DNA of 64,000 nt from Saccostrea cucullata (Eukaryota): the NCBI RefSeq assembly GCF_032062105.1, contig NW_026925206.1:62001-126000 (forward strand), written 5' to 3'. This document shows, piece after piece, positions 37,610 to 54,840 of the stretch. Numbering within the stretch: position 1 is the stretch's first letter; each line of letters starts with the position of its first letter. The notes beneath the pieces were generated by a model. It was not told where the DNA came from. It ran no database searches and worked only from the letters and a program-made list of their open reading frames with translations. Position numbers and translations under genes: made by a program.

Positions 37610-38480
37610 AAAAAATAGGGGCAGAGCAAAGTTTAACATGCACGTCCAAAATATCAGAGATGGGATCGGATGTCATGAAGGAGTAAGCATCACCTGTCGA
37701 CCGGTCACACCCACTGTGTCCTCTTTGTCATGATCGGGAAATAATCTGTCGTAAATTCAGTGTATAGATAATAATAATTAGTACGAAAAAGGTCAGTCAG
37801 TATCTGACTCATTGATAAATTGTATTTGCTGACAAGGTCATTGTATCGACCATAGAACTTACGAAATGATGCCTTAAAACGAGACTGCTGATATTCATGT
37901 TTCATCAACTTGTTTGTCAATAATTTACCTCGTTTAGAAGTTTTTCATATGTAGAGCATGCTCTTGCGTATCGAATCAACTGAGAGATACAAACTACACG
38001 TGATGAAGGTATATTGCAACCTGAGTAAGAAAAGTTGTCGATTGAATTCCAATAGATATTGCCAATCAGGAACTCAAGCATCTTTTTGATGTAAACTTCA
38101 GAGCAACTGTGTGTAAAGTCAGAATGTTTTAACAAAGGTTTAGACAAATTCCGCTTAATATGAGTACAAAAATAGGTCTGCTAATAACGGGGTCTGATTG
38201 GTACCCATGGGTATTCCAATAGATATTGTCAATCAAGAACTCAAGCATCTTTTTGATGTGAACTTCAGAGCAATTGTGTGTACAGTCAGAATGTTTTTAA
38301 CAAAATAATTTTGCAAATAACCAATGACAATGAAAGTAAATTACTAGTTCCATTTTTTTTTTAAACAGCTGTCAATTATCAAAAAGTCTGGACTTTAATT
38401 TATCGTGGAGAATGGTTGTGTATTAAGTTGAAAAGTCGTTAGTCTTTAAGCTGTTGATTTCGGTAAAGCCAATTTCACGA
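37610..38480 (-). mobile_element. Penelope-like retroelement relic (RT C-terminal part)
   Basis: Frameshifted peptides KKMLEFLI.NIY, IPMGTN..PLLADLFLYSY, ISQLIRYARACS and KASFRKFYGRYNDLVSKY; internal ~90-bp duplication; related tail remnants at ~34355-34415 and ~44520-44620. Confidence 0.75.
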
Positions 38481-39213
38481 TTTCACAATTATCCTATGTA
38501 TATGTCATCACTTTTTAATTAGCAAAATGAATTTTTTGAGTTTATAACATATAATATTCAAGCTCAAAGTCTAAACGAATCAAATCAAGAGCAGAGCAAA
38601 GCCATAACTCCAAAAATATCAGAGGAGCTGTTTCCTTTCGTCGAGAACAACTAAGAAAATATGTCGGTTTTAAAATCACTAAAAGATGTGGAGGTCAGAC
38701 CAAGAGCATGTCATAAATTAAACATAACAAAATATATAGATACATATTGTATCACAATTCAAAGTATACTAAAATCCACTTGCTTTATGCATGTTGTGGC
38801 AAAATATCAAATATATATATATAAGTTTCCTCTTGTCGTTATCTTATTCTAATGCATTGAAGTATTACGTTTGATTACTTAAAAACAGATTCGTAATGAA
38901 AGCTTACAAATCAATACTGAAAAGATATACAACACTGACATGGACATATAAGTTATTGATTTTTAGGAATATTTATATCAATTTAAATAGCTCTCATATT
39001 TGTTTTTAAAAAAATCATAAAATTACAATTCTCAGTTGTATAGTTTTCGATACTATACTCGTAACAAGAGAGGCTTGCAGCATTTAGTGAGGGCACTAAC
39101 ACCTTATGTTACAGGCGTTCAGTAACCATTGCAACAGGTGCCCTTTGATAGAGTATTTGTTTTCATTAAATTGCTACCGTGTAATATTGCCACTGACAGT
39201 CTCACGTTCACAG

Positions 39214-42200
39214 ATGGCAGCAATGGAAGCCTCATATCGGATCATCTTTCTCTGGATCTCTATTGCTGTATGTCAAAATGGTAAGATTCTTGGGAGATAT
39301 TGATACATTTTCTGCTATCTTGGCATTCGCTAATATCTTTATTTCTATATTACAATTTTAGCGGAGTTTTATTTATGTTTCACAATATATACGAATCATC
39401 TAAAAAGCAACTTACCAATATGAGTTTCTGATTGTTACATTTGCAAGATAAGAGCCATCTCAGAATTTATAAACCTTATTAAGTCATCCAACAATAAGAA
39501 GAATAATTCATATCATATCTATGCATTTGCTTGCAGGAGTCAGTGGTTTGGATTTTTCATACAACTCATCGAGTGTTGGGCTCTGTGTACACACGATTTT
39601 GGATGCAACACTGACTCTAAACTTACAAAAGGAAGAAAAGACACGGAATGTACCTCTAACAAAAGCAACAGTATCGGCTGGAAGTTGCAAAGAGAGCAGC
39701 TCAGAAATACATGTAGATCTCCAAGATTCCCACTCCCTTTACATCAGTTTTACAAAAGCAAACGATGGAACTGTATCTGTCTCCTACAAAATTGTCTACA
39801 AAAGACAAGGTAATCTGTGGGAAAATATTACATGGAATATCAATCTAAGAGATGATGTCGAAGACATTTTAAACTTAGGAAGGTTCGACTGAATCCATTT
39901 TTTGTGGAATTAGCTGAGACATCCTGTGACTAACAAACTGAGTTCTACGCATGTAATTCAAAAGAACAAAACAAGATCTCAAGTAGTTTAAAATATTAGT
40001 TTGATTTAAGCAAAATTATTATTTGTAAACAACCAGTACTAAAAAAAATAACATATAAAGGGGTAATATTCAGATTACACTTGTCACAAAGTCACCTGAT
40101 TAATATTACAAAAGTTAACAAACGGTCAACATTATTCTGAAACCGTAAAAGTCACATACTTTTGGGCTGCTTTTTTATATCATTTTTTTTTGCAGATAAA
40201 TAATGTTAATATTATCAAGCGGTCATTTGTTACATGTAAGAGGATAAAAATCGACATGTTGAAATGTATATTCTCACTGAAACATATGTTAAAAGTTTTC
40301 AATCGATTCGTTTTTAATGCAGGGTTTTTAAGGGGTTTTTTTTTAATCCTTGTTGTGTATCGATTTGAGAGAGATACAGTTCTATGATGACATATCATAA
40401 CGGAATCTACGAATATGTAATAAAAATCAATAAAATAAACTGAACGATAGTATGTATTTTAAAACATGCTAAATTGCTTTGCAATATTATTTCAATAGAA
40501 TCAAAATTAGTCATAGCTTGATTTATTAATTATTAAGACATAATGTAAAACGTTTTAACTATTTTTTCTATGAATAATAATTATTATTTTTTATCTAATA
40601 TATATCATTAGCATTCAAAAAATGTTTCAAAATATTCAGCAGAAATACTTATGATTTTTGTAGTGAAAATATCTGTTTTATGCATGCTCGAGTTAAACCA
40701 CCAAGAAAGTAATTTTGTTGTTGTTTTCCCTTTTCTAAAAAATAAACATAATAAAGTTAGCCTAAATTAAAGAAAATATTTATTTTGTATGTTGTCCAAC
40801 CATTTGCTTTGATTTACTTAATGATTTTAAAACAGTATGCAGAAACTCTCTTTTTAATTTTCTTTATATTTCATTTGTTAATTATCAAAGATCCTGCATG
40901 GTCTTAAGTTTCAAGAAAACTTTTCACTTAAATATCTATTTAATTAGTGCAGGATTAACCTTTTGGTATTATAAATATTGTTATATAAGCTAATGTCTAA
41001 ATCAATTTAAAAAATATTGATAATTTTTATGTAAATGAATTATGCAAAATAAAACAACAAATCCATTGATGATTAAGGAGATCAACAGATAAATCAATCA
41101 ATTACGATTAAGAAAGAATTGTCAAATAAACGAGCACATAAGTAAGCAAGCTAATATATTAACAGTTTATATAAATTTAGCGTTAATTTTAGTCCTGTGT
41201 TTTAATGGTTTCTCATCAATGTTTTATCCTTTCAGGGCAGACATCTATAATTCTTGAGAGTGAGCCTGTGTCACTTTCCGGAGCAGACGAGGTTTATAAA
41301 TGTAACGCCGTTGACACAGTTCTTCTACACGATGACTCTAATAACAATTTTGGAACACTGTTCATATCCAATGCTACAATGCAAGGTTTCGGAATTCAGA
41401 ACGGGACATTTTCCGAAAAAGGTATAGCTGTTTGTGAAAATACTGTTTTTTAATGTATCCTGTCCCTTCATAAGCATGTTTTTCAAATAAAAAAATAAGT
41501 TTTATTTAAAAAAATTCAATACAAAATTTAGATAGGTTTCATACTCATTGAAACCATAATATTGAACATCTTAAAAAATTAAGTTTATTTTTGCAATATG
41601 CGGTCGGTTTTTTTTTATTTAAGTGAGGACATGCTCAATAGACAACACAAATTCCACTATGAAGCCCCAGACACTAAATCAAAATGAAGATGTTACGAGT
41701 AAAATTAACCTATTTGCGTTGAGGGATGCTGATGGTAATGTCTGCATTAGACTTAGTGGGAAACTAGAGTTAGAATATCTGTATGAGAAAAAAGATGGTA
41801 ACAAGGTAAGTAATTATGGTTTTACTTTTTTATGTACATGTAATTCTGGCTACATTTTTAAAATAATTGTGCGAAAGAAAAATATAATGAATTTTATCCT
41901 ATCTTTTTTATTGTTCCTTGTTCTAATATATTAATCAAATCGCTACAAAAAATTCCATTGGTTTTTTATATACTTTTGATAAAATAGATTTTATATACTT
42001 TTAATAATATAGATTTCTTTGTCGAATAGAAACGATTTTTTAACCAATTAGTTCGAATTGATATGGAAAAAAGATAGTTCATAGCTTTCTATATCAAAAT
42101 GAAGTTTATTTTTACGAATAAGTTCGAATAAATGTGAAAAAAAGTTCAAAGTGCAACATTTTAAATTTTATATTCTTATATTTCTTTGACTATGTACACA

Positions 42201-45200
42201 GACCAGTGTAACACTTAAGATACCGAATACTGCCATTGTGAGTGGATTTTGTGATGAGGAGAAATCTTTCCTGGTTTTGCGCTATAAAGAGGGAGGCTCT
42301 AATAGAGTCCTGGCTTTCTACTTCACCAACAAGGAAAATCAAACAACTTTGGAAAACATCGAGACTATCATCAAATTAGACAATGCAACATTTCCGGACG
42401 CCAAACTTGCGAATGGTATGATGTAAAAAAGATGATATTAATTTCAAAGATTAAATTCAATCTAATTTTGAAATGACCATTTGTTATGTTATGTTTGTGG
42501 ATAACGAATCCAGAAAATAAAAAAGATTATCTCTGAAGTACTGATCACTCCATGTTTCTGTTAAGATGTTCTTAGATCGTATGGAAGAATTGGTATACGT
42601 CTGGGTTCAGGGGAAAGATTCTACGGATGTCAACACGAAAAGGAATTCTTAGGAAACGACTTCAGTCTCAAAACAAGGCATCTCAAAATTCAAACATCAA
42701 ACTCTGGAGTTCCTGAAAAATTTTCCGTAGCAAGTATGTTTTTCCTCTACAAATCGTATTTGGCAAACATCAAGTTCAGACTCCATTGCATTGATTTTTT
42801 TAAATAAAATTTTTATAAAATCTTACCGAGAAAAATAATTCAAAGCAATATGATTTCACATTTTAAATATCCTTCTATTAATATAAGTAACAGATAAAAC
42901 AGTAACAGATATAAACCAAAATAAAGTAAAGACTACATATATTAAAAATTTTATAAATAATTTAAACATTTTTAAAAATCTTTAAATACTAGTTCATGTA
43001 GTGTTGGGTGATTTGAAAGAAAAATCATTCGATTAATTAACACATTAAGATGAATTAAGATGATTTTTTAAACAAATCAGTGCATTTAATCACAAAATAG
43101 AACAATCTATTTTCTTGGTCACCATAATGTTGTATTTAAGAATGTGACATATTTGTTCCCAGGATCAAGATCTGATGCTAACATTCTTTTACTACTGCGC
43201 CATGCAATAATTACACTTTATATGTACTAGAATTTACTTCAGCAAAGTAGCATTTTTTCAAGCTCGGAGTATTTTTTTTACCAGTTGAGCAATATATCTT
43301 TATGAACATGTACGCTGAAGGTTTGTAAAGATAAATATCATTGTAACAGCTGTACCAGAAAGTACTTGATATTGAATTTTCTGAAGTTTTATCATTAAGA
43401 GAATTAATGTCATAAAATGTAACATACTACATTTTAAAACAAATTATGCACCTTTTGGTTACTTTAAAAAATATCTTCATTGTGTATCATTGAATGAAAA
43501 ATCAATATACCGGTACGTTTATATGCGGTTGAACCTATTATCCTTTTGTTATTTTAAAGATTTTGGTGAAAGTATGACTGTATCATCTGGAATTGATTTT
43601 AGTGTCGAAAATTACACGAAAATGTTTGTTTCTCATATATGAACAAATATGGATATCATAATAATGCCTTTCTTTAAGGCCAAGTTTTTCGAAAACCTTT
43701 TTGGAACAACATAGAATATAAGATAAAGAACTTCAAAGCTTGACCAATTCAAAGAAGTGAATTTCATATACTGGTATGTTTCAAGACATGGCGAGCGGTC
43801 CTTCGGATGAGACTGTATACACCGAGGTCCCGTGTCGAAGTAATTGTTTGCACGAAAAAGATCCCTCTCTGCTCAATGGCTCTGAGTGCCTATCTTTAGA
43901 CAAAATTTGCAACTCTCTATCGGCAAGTGGTTGCGTCTCCTGATGAGTGAAAGATTCTCGAGAGGGACGTTAAACAACAAATTATATGTTTCAAGATATG
44001 TCATGACATGTTTAACTCTCTAAAACATTATTTTTTTTTAAATATTACATGTATCATTAGGAACTCAGTGTCCTGAAGACAGTGTAAAAATGACGGAAAC
44101 ACAGCTGTTCTCTCTGAAGGACGGGAATCAGAGTTGTCTGCTTCTCTCCGGTGCTTTCCGTATGTCCATTCCCTACGACTCAAGGGAAAACAAGGTACTC
44201 TTTATACATTCGACATTTTTTGTGTTTTATTTTTACTGCCATCGCTTCTAATGATTATGTCACTTTTGGTGATTATGTCATGTTGTACTTCCAAAATGAC
44301 AATTACGTTTGAAGTATTCTCTTAAATTTAGAGAAGTGGACATGCTTCGTAGGTGAAAGCCTCCACTTCTCTCTAAAGAGAATAACCCACGACTTTCTGT
44401 CTATAGAGCATATTCTATTATTCTTTTTAAAAAATGATGATGAAAAGCAACTGTGTTAAATCTCTCAAATCTTACACTAACCAATTCGTTATAGAGCAAA
44501 AAACACTGATCTATGGAAACTTCTATGAGGAAGGATAAAGTGTTTAGGAGGGGTAAACATCTCTTATCTACAGGGTCACACCCTCTGTAAGCCCTCTGTA
44601 GTGATCAGAAAAACTAAGTGGTTCATAGTCGAAATAAGTTAAACATGTATATTGCTACATCAATAAGATGTGTTGCTGGAATATTCACATTTTTTGTTGT
44701 GTTGTTGTTGATGGGGGCTTTTATTTTCGATAAAAGATTCTTAATTTTCGATTCTTCTTAGTCTTTTTGAGTGATTTTGTTCTGTGTTTTATCTATCCCT
44801 TCTGAGGTATGATATGTTTTGTTGTTACAATAGAGGTGAATTGTTTGATTGTCTTACTAGTTTGTTATGATAATTATAAAATGTGTAATTCTTTGTGGTG
44901 TCATTAAATGTCTAATGCTTTGCAGTGTGTATTTCTATTGTTAATTTCAGACTGAGAAGCAGCTGGTAAATGTCCCCTTTTCTACCTCTATTGATGTATC
45001 AGGGAACTGTAGTTCAACGAAGAAACAGGATATGACGCTTTCCTTCTATGACGACTGGAAATTAAAGTATCGAATTTTGTTAATAAAAAAAAGTTAACAA
45101 AAAAGTTCAAATCAAAATGAAAAATGTCTCGTATATTGGACTATCAACAGTTATTTCACAGTTGTTTTAAGACACATTCAATAAGTCGTTCATGTATATA

Positions 45201-47622
45201 TACTTATATGGTACTGTTTATCATATTACTCTATCTACAAACATGGCACAATTGAGAGAAATAATTCTTCCTCCTTGTTGTAGTCTGTGTTCATAGGTTT
45301 GTCATAATGGATCCCGATAGTCATATTAACTATATATATGTTATAACTTTATCCAAGTTTGAAATTATAGGCACAAACATCTACTCAGTGCCAAAATCAT
45401 TTTACCGTATACAGGTTTGTATTCGAATCCACGTCTTCAAGTGGGTCAACCCCAGACAGCGCTATTCTTGGTTATCAACTAACCAATATAAACCTCACTT
45501 ATGTCCGATCCCCTCTGGTCTTCTACAACCCAAAGGAAAAGTCTGCAGGTATGGTAACTCAGTATATAAACGTACGTTTAACATGAGAATAATCACTATG
45601 TCATTCACAATGATATCAATAGTTATGATAATTTAGGTCAGGAAGACGAATGTATTGTTCCTATCTCCCTGAGTTCGTTTAAGCGTCAATCCTTCAAAAT
45701 CTTGAGGCCTAGTTTTGCCTAATATATTTTGGAGGTACCTAGTCAATATGAAATTATGAATTAATCGGAATATATTGGAATCTTTATTTCTCTCAAAGGG
45801 TTATTCTATAAATGAATGTCGTTTCTTTTGTCATTTTATTAGATAGAAGCCTTTATATTGTGGAATCATTTTATTTCGTGGGGGGTCGATGTTTATGGGC
45901 AAGCAACAATATTGGTTCGTGGAGGCGTAATTTCATGGGTATAAAGAAGTTCAATAAATGATTATGTTGACGAAATAATTGTTCTTAATGGTGTTAGTTC
46001 GTGAATAAGGGTGACCCACGAAATCCAAGAACATTGGTACCCCACAAACTTTGATAATTCAACCTTTACTAATTTTATTTTTTAAAACAACATTCTATTG
46101 GTAATAGAGAAGTTGAAGTTATCATGCACGCTTATCATAAAGTGTTGATATAATTTTTCTCTTGTAAAACAAGAATTGTGCAAGACTCTTTGGTGTCTTT
46201 TATCTTGAGTTCATAGGGATATTTTCTATCAACGTAGAATAATATTGAATATATTGTATATGTGTAGATTGATAAATCTCATTGGTCATCTATTCTCACA
46301 TAATCCGTCCACATGCAGCCTGACTTTTATTTAAAAAATAAAGTCATTATTTTGGAGAGAAGTCGATGTTTTTATGCAAACAAAACAATGGAGAATTATT
46401 TTTTTCAAAATATCAGAACTTAACCATGCACGATAAGAAAAATATTCAATGACTTATATAGGTAGGGTATTTTCCTCTGTAATTTACGTTATTTTCTTAG
46501 GTCGATTTGACCCCCTCAAAAAGTCTTTTTATTGCCAAAATAAATGTTTAATTTATTTGGGTTTTTTCGAACTATGTCTGTACTAAAATATATTTCAAAA
46601 ATTTTGTTTTTGTGCCAGTGTTTTTCTCTTAATTTGTAATTAACAAATGTTGTTTCCTTTATTCTTATTTTTTACTGAAATAATTCTGTTCTTTTCAGAT
46701 ATTGCATGTCAATGGGACACTCATGCACCTTTTTTTCACATCAACCTCTGAGTTTTTCATATATTTTACAGCGCTTAATATTTTCTTTGGATATTTGTGA
46801 CAGTTTATTTCTTTTTACAAGGTCAGGCTGTGTCTGTGTCCAGCAAGTCCTTCGATTCTCCACTTAAGGCCAGAGCCAAAGGGAGCTATAAATGTGATGA
46901 TACTATCAAAGTAACATTTACTGATGATGTTGTATTAGAGGCCAAAAATCTACGCTTCCAAGCTTTCCAGAAGAGCAAGTCCGAAAAATTTTCTAAAGGT
47001 GAGTAAAAGCAAAGTTCACATGTTAAATGCAAGTTATGTTTATTAAACTTTTTATTTCGTATATCTAGATCTGTTACTTTTAGTTAAAATCTTAGCAAAA
47101 AAAAATCCTCACACCAAGGGGAAAAAAGGTTTTTTTTGTAATTTTGATTATCCAAAGCTTAAAAAGATTTTTTTTTTCGATTTTAATACAGTAAATAATG
47201 AATAGTTACAATAAAAAAATGACGATATTCTCAAACTAAATAAAATGAAGAGTTACTTTTAGGAAAACTACGTACTTACGTTGCAATCTTAGATTTTTGC
47301 CCCAATTATTGTGTTTTGTATTATCCTGAATTGCTTATTTCACAATTAATATGTTTTGTGTTTTAATGTGTATTCTATATGATATGAATTTGGATAAATG
47401 AAATGAAGAAATCGAACATTACAGCGTTTGATATTGTATTACCTGGTACATATTTTTCTTTCAGATGTAAGGACGTGTAATTCGCCCGCAAAGGAGGAAA
47501 AACGTTATGCCGTTTATATCATCATTGCATTGGCTATCGTGGCCTTTATTGCAATTATCATCATTGTTTTTGTTGTCTCGTTTAGGAAAAAACAACGAAG
47601 TTCCTATGAGAAAATGAATTGA
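39214..47622 (+). CDS. LAMP-family lysosome-associated membrane glycoprotein with three LAMP domains, ~602 aa, 11 exons
   Basis: Exons 39214-39280 (signal), 39537-39809, 41236-41421, 41624-41805, 42202-42415, 42566-42733, 44061-44194, 44951-45066, 45415-45548, 46822-46998, 47465-47622 (1809 nt, open). LAMP signatures G-x-C, SYKC, LRFQAF and C before the TM; several N-x-S/T sequons; TM YAVYIIIALAIVAFIAIIIIVFVV; tail RKKQRSSYEKMN. Confidence 0.88.
43789..43980 (+). mobile_element. 5'-truncated SINE (Deu/Nin-like core) in a LAMP intron
   Basis: cggtccttcggatgagac..ccgaggtcccgtgtcg..gcacgaaaaagatccctctctgctc..gagggacgttaaacaac. Confidence 0.78.
45857..46065. mobile_element. Degenerate TA-type MITE
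   Basis: tattgtggaatcattttatttcgtggggg..cccacgaaa..ccccacaaa; same type as 61468-61674. Confidence 0.55.
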
Positions 47623-47630
47623 TAAGCGGG

Positions 47631-47747
47631 TAATCCGAGGTGCCTCAGACTCTAACCCCTGCTTTTTATATTGTGACATGTGCAGGGGACCCCTGCACAT
47701 TTCATAATATAAAAAGCAGGGGTTAGAGTCAGAGGAATCTCGGGTTA
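47631..47747. mobile_element. 117-bp palindromic MITE immediately after the LAMP stop codon
   Basis: TAATCCGAG..GACTCTAACCCCTGCTTTTTATATT..TGCAGGGGACCCCTGCA..AATATAAAAAGCAGGGGTTAGAGTC..CTCGGGTTA; 9-bp flanks ATAAGCGGG/ATAAGGGAG match 7 of 9. Confidence 0.8.
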
Positions 47748-47794
47748 ATAAGGGAGGGAAAATGTATTTATGGTCATGTGTGACAAAGTCTCAA

Positions 47795-49735
47795 TTTTTT
47801 ATGCCTCCACAATCAAAGATTTGGAGGCATACATATTTTTCCTGTCTATCCGTCTGTCTGTCTGCAAAAACCTGGACCTTATTAACTTTCGATTTTAGTT
47901 GGAGCTATGCCTTTCATATTTTCTCAGTATATATTTCTAGAGACAAGACCATTCTCGGGTAGCAACATATTTAACGTCTTAGCTATGGAGTCTGAATCAT
48001 TTTACAAAAATTTTTTTTACTAAACTTTTGTTTTGGAAGATTTGTGCTAGGGCTTTCATAATTCACATGCTTATTCTTTGCGACAGTTTGTTTTCATAAG
48101 ATCAATTTTTATGCCGCTGTAATCAAAGATTCGAGGGAATATAGTTTTTGTCCTAGCTGTAAGTCTGTCTATTCGTTTGGAAAACTTCAACCTTGCCCTT
48201 TACTTTTATTGGTTGAAGCTGTGGTTTTCATGTTTCACAAGTGTATCTATTCTTGGTGAAAAGATCTTTCCTTGGGCATAAAGATATTTATCATCATCTT
48301 GACTTTGGCCCTGGAGTTTGACGCACTTTTGAAAAAAAAGCCAAACTTTAACCTTAGCCGCATCTTTTGCAACAGTTGGTGCAGTAAAATTTAACATGTA
48401 TATTTTTTCAGACAAGGCCTTTCCTTGGGTGATGAATATTTTTTACCCATTGATCTTGATTTTAAAGTTTGACTCATTTTTATAGAACTTTAACCTTGGT
48501 CATATCTTTTGAACAGAGTACTAGGTCATGTATATTTTTCACAGCTGTATTCCATGTGACAAGATCTTTTCCTGGGCATCATTAACTTTGACTTACTAAT
48601 GAAATGAAAAACTTTAACTGTGGCTATAACTTTTCCAAGGCAGGAGCATAATGCAAACAAGTTATTATCAAAAATAACTCAAATGTTAATTTATTTTGTG
48701 TCATTCCTCGCTAACTTCACACCACTTTCACCAAAGGTTTTTGCTCGTGCACCAAGACAAAGGCAAATGTTTGATTAAATTTACACCTTGCTCTATCCAG
48801 AAAAATTGTTCAAAGTCTTGGAAAAATTGGGATTTTTTTTTTATTTAATGATAAAAATTGGACATATACAATGTATATAAAACCACAAAATATGGAGTAA
48901 AATGCTGTTTTATTTCCACCTCCTCGCCAATTCTCCATTGGAGTCGGTGCACTCTAGTATTATATAATGGAATCCCAAAATGCAGTGCACTTTGGCAGGA
49001 AATACAAAACTCCCAAGAAATCAATGTTGTCCAAGTAGGATATAAAAATAACTTAGTGATTATTTTTAAAATTGTGTGTAAAATAACTAAAGCTAAAGTT
49101 TAATTTAACTAAAACTGGAGGTACTCTGAGCAATGAGCTCACTAAATGATACCCCCGCCTCTCATATGATTATAATGGAAGAAGTCCATGTTTTGCTGTG
49201 GCCGGAAAACTCAAAATATGTGTCGGATCAAAAAATAAAATAGGAGGTTCACAATGGCAATATGTAATAAAGATTCTGTGAAAGTTTCATTAAATTTCCT
49301 TCAGTGGTATGAGAGGAGTTGCGGATAAGAGATGGGTATCCCAAATCGTAACAGACGGACGGACGGACATACCGATTACTATATACCCTCCCACTTTTCA
49401 AGCGGGGGGTATGATAAGTTATTTTCTGATAACTTGTTTGAGTTATGTCCCTGACTGTTTGAAAAGTTAGAGAACGGGCTTTTATTTTTCACGTGTGTAT
49501 TTTTTTTTGTGACATGACCTTCTCCTTGATACCATTATCCTGTGGTTTTTATTTACTTTAAAAAAATTCACCTTATCCGGCGTCTGGATTTAATATTCAT
49601 AGAGACAAGTCCTTTCTTTGGGTAACAATAATTTGATACCTTGCCGTTTGGATTAACTTGCATTTGAAAAACTTAAACCTTCACCATAAGCTGCCATATG
49701 GGGCATCAGTGTTTCACAAACGCATCTGGTTTTTC
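47795..49735 (+). mobile_element. Cluster of degenerate Helentron-derived HINEs
   Basis: 5' tttttatgcc..atcaaagatt..gagg heads at ~47795 and ~48106, (GTCT)n, internal aactttaaccttg repeats, and a 3' end ggggcatcagtgtttcacaaacgcatctggtttt. Confidence 0.6.
49114..49417 (-). mobile_element. Helentron-derived HINE (DINE-1-like), same family as 62727-63128
   Basis: On -: ATACCCCCCGC...GGGTATA inverted repeat, (GTCC)n, and a 3' end gggggtatcatttagtgagctcattgctca..cc.gttt. Confidence 0.8.
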
Positions 49736-50998
49736 TACCTTATGATCTTGTCCTATAGTTTGACTTTTATCTTGGTCATAACTTTTGAACAGCTTTCATA
49801 TACTTCACATTCTCTCCCACTATTTTCTGCAAATTACAAACATTTTGTTCACATATCATTTAACACAAGTGTGTATTTTTCAAAAGTTTTATTGACCATG
49901 TCTTAAAACATTTATCTAATAGTTGATTTTGTTCAATAAATAATTTTTTCATGGTTTTTTCTTCAAATTTTATAATTAAATATATGGGTATATACATCCT
50001 TGTAGCATTCCATGATTCTGACTCACAAGTCTGATATCCCATTTGACTTGTACAGAATTAGTGAATACCGAGTACAATCATCAGCTGTATGTAACAACAT
50101 CACTTGTACATGTAGATGTATGACAATGCTTCACCACCACCTTTTTGATACTCAATTCTTTTCAAGAGCCATTGATACCAGGTATGAAAGAAACATGCCT
50201 TAATTTTTCACACTTCAAAATATCTCATACAGATGAATCGAGGAAGTGGCACAATATTCCTGTAACTAATGGAAATTTACATCAACATGTCATTGAAATA
50301 TTACCTGTAATGCTATTGTTCACTTATTCATTTCTATGAATTAGTTTCCCGCAAAATAATGTCAATGAACAAGTTAGTGTGTTTGTCCCAACAAGATGTT
50401 CAACTTGAAATAGCATCTGGATAATTTTAAAGTACTAAGTAACTGTTGCACTTTCCATACTAATCTAATTCTCATGAATTTTAATTAGCTTTCAAAACAT
50501 AAAATAAATTCACGCAATTTTAGAAACATTTGAATCTTTATTTACTTATAAATAAATACAAAAAAATGGCGAACATTACTTTGTTTACTGATGATAATGA
50601 AGATACATGTACATGTTAACATTTTTAAAATCAAAGGATTTGTGCTGCCTCTTAAATGGACAATATGAAATATTTATCTTCTTGCAAGACAATGCATTTT
50701 ATCCTGAGTACAATTTATAAATAGGAAACTTTAATTTGAATAATCTTAACATGAGCCAATTGACTGTCTAATGATACCTGATTCATTGTATAAGAGTATT
50801 TCATTTGATACAATTTTTTTTTTTTAAAGTTTGAGAATTAAGCAATGAGACATCCATGCCTATTACCCTCTATTCCTCTTTGGTATTCCTTGCTCAGCAC
50901 TCTTCTTTTCACTTAGACAATGATTCCCATATTAAGAATAAATTATCTTGATCAACGACCAATGTCATTCAACAACAATGAACAGGAGAATGTTTCCA

Positions 50999-54431
<3,433 letters not shown>

Positions 54432-54786
54432 TTTCTCCTGTTACACAATAAAAATTATAAATAAGTACAGGGCTCCATTAGGTTCACAACTAAATTGTAT
54501 TGATTGAATGGATTAACAGATATAAGAATAAAGTTGCCATTTAAAATTAATTGTTCAATGTTCACATAACTGATTATACTATTGAGGTCCTGATACATGA
54601 ACATTACCAGAAAAAAAAAATCTTCAGTTCTGAACGCGTTTTCCACTGACTACTCTTCCGCAGTATTCAAGTTTCAACGGCTTCTTCTCATTTGTACAGA
54701 TGCAAGTATTTGACGCAGTCAATAAATCTGTTTAAACTCATTTAAACAAATCCCCTCATGAATATTTTTTCAAAGCAGCAGAAATC

Positions 54787-54840
54787 CTTACTTGTCTGAT
54801 ACAAACAAATAAAGCGCCAATCCTTAGCGGCCAATCAATT
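54787..54840 (-). promoter_or_regulatory. Putative CDC7 5'-UTR exon donor and promoter motifs (E2F-like ATTGGCGC, two CCAAT boxes)
   Basis: GTAAG donor on - at 54791; aaagcgccaatcc..ggccaatc. Motif match only. Confidence 0.35.

Noticed and set aside
37610-37760. Hammerhead ribozyme in the Penelope-like tail
   Set aside because: The CTGANGA/GAAA core with flanking stems could not be identified by eye; an Infernal search would be needed.
46699-46821. Strong acceptor at 46698 as a LAMP coding exon
   Set aside because: It gives a non-LAMP peptide ending in a stop; exons 45415-45548 and 46822-46998 complete the domain in frame.
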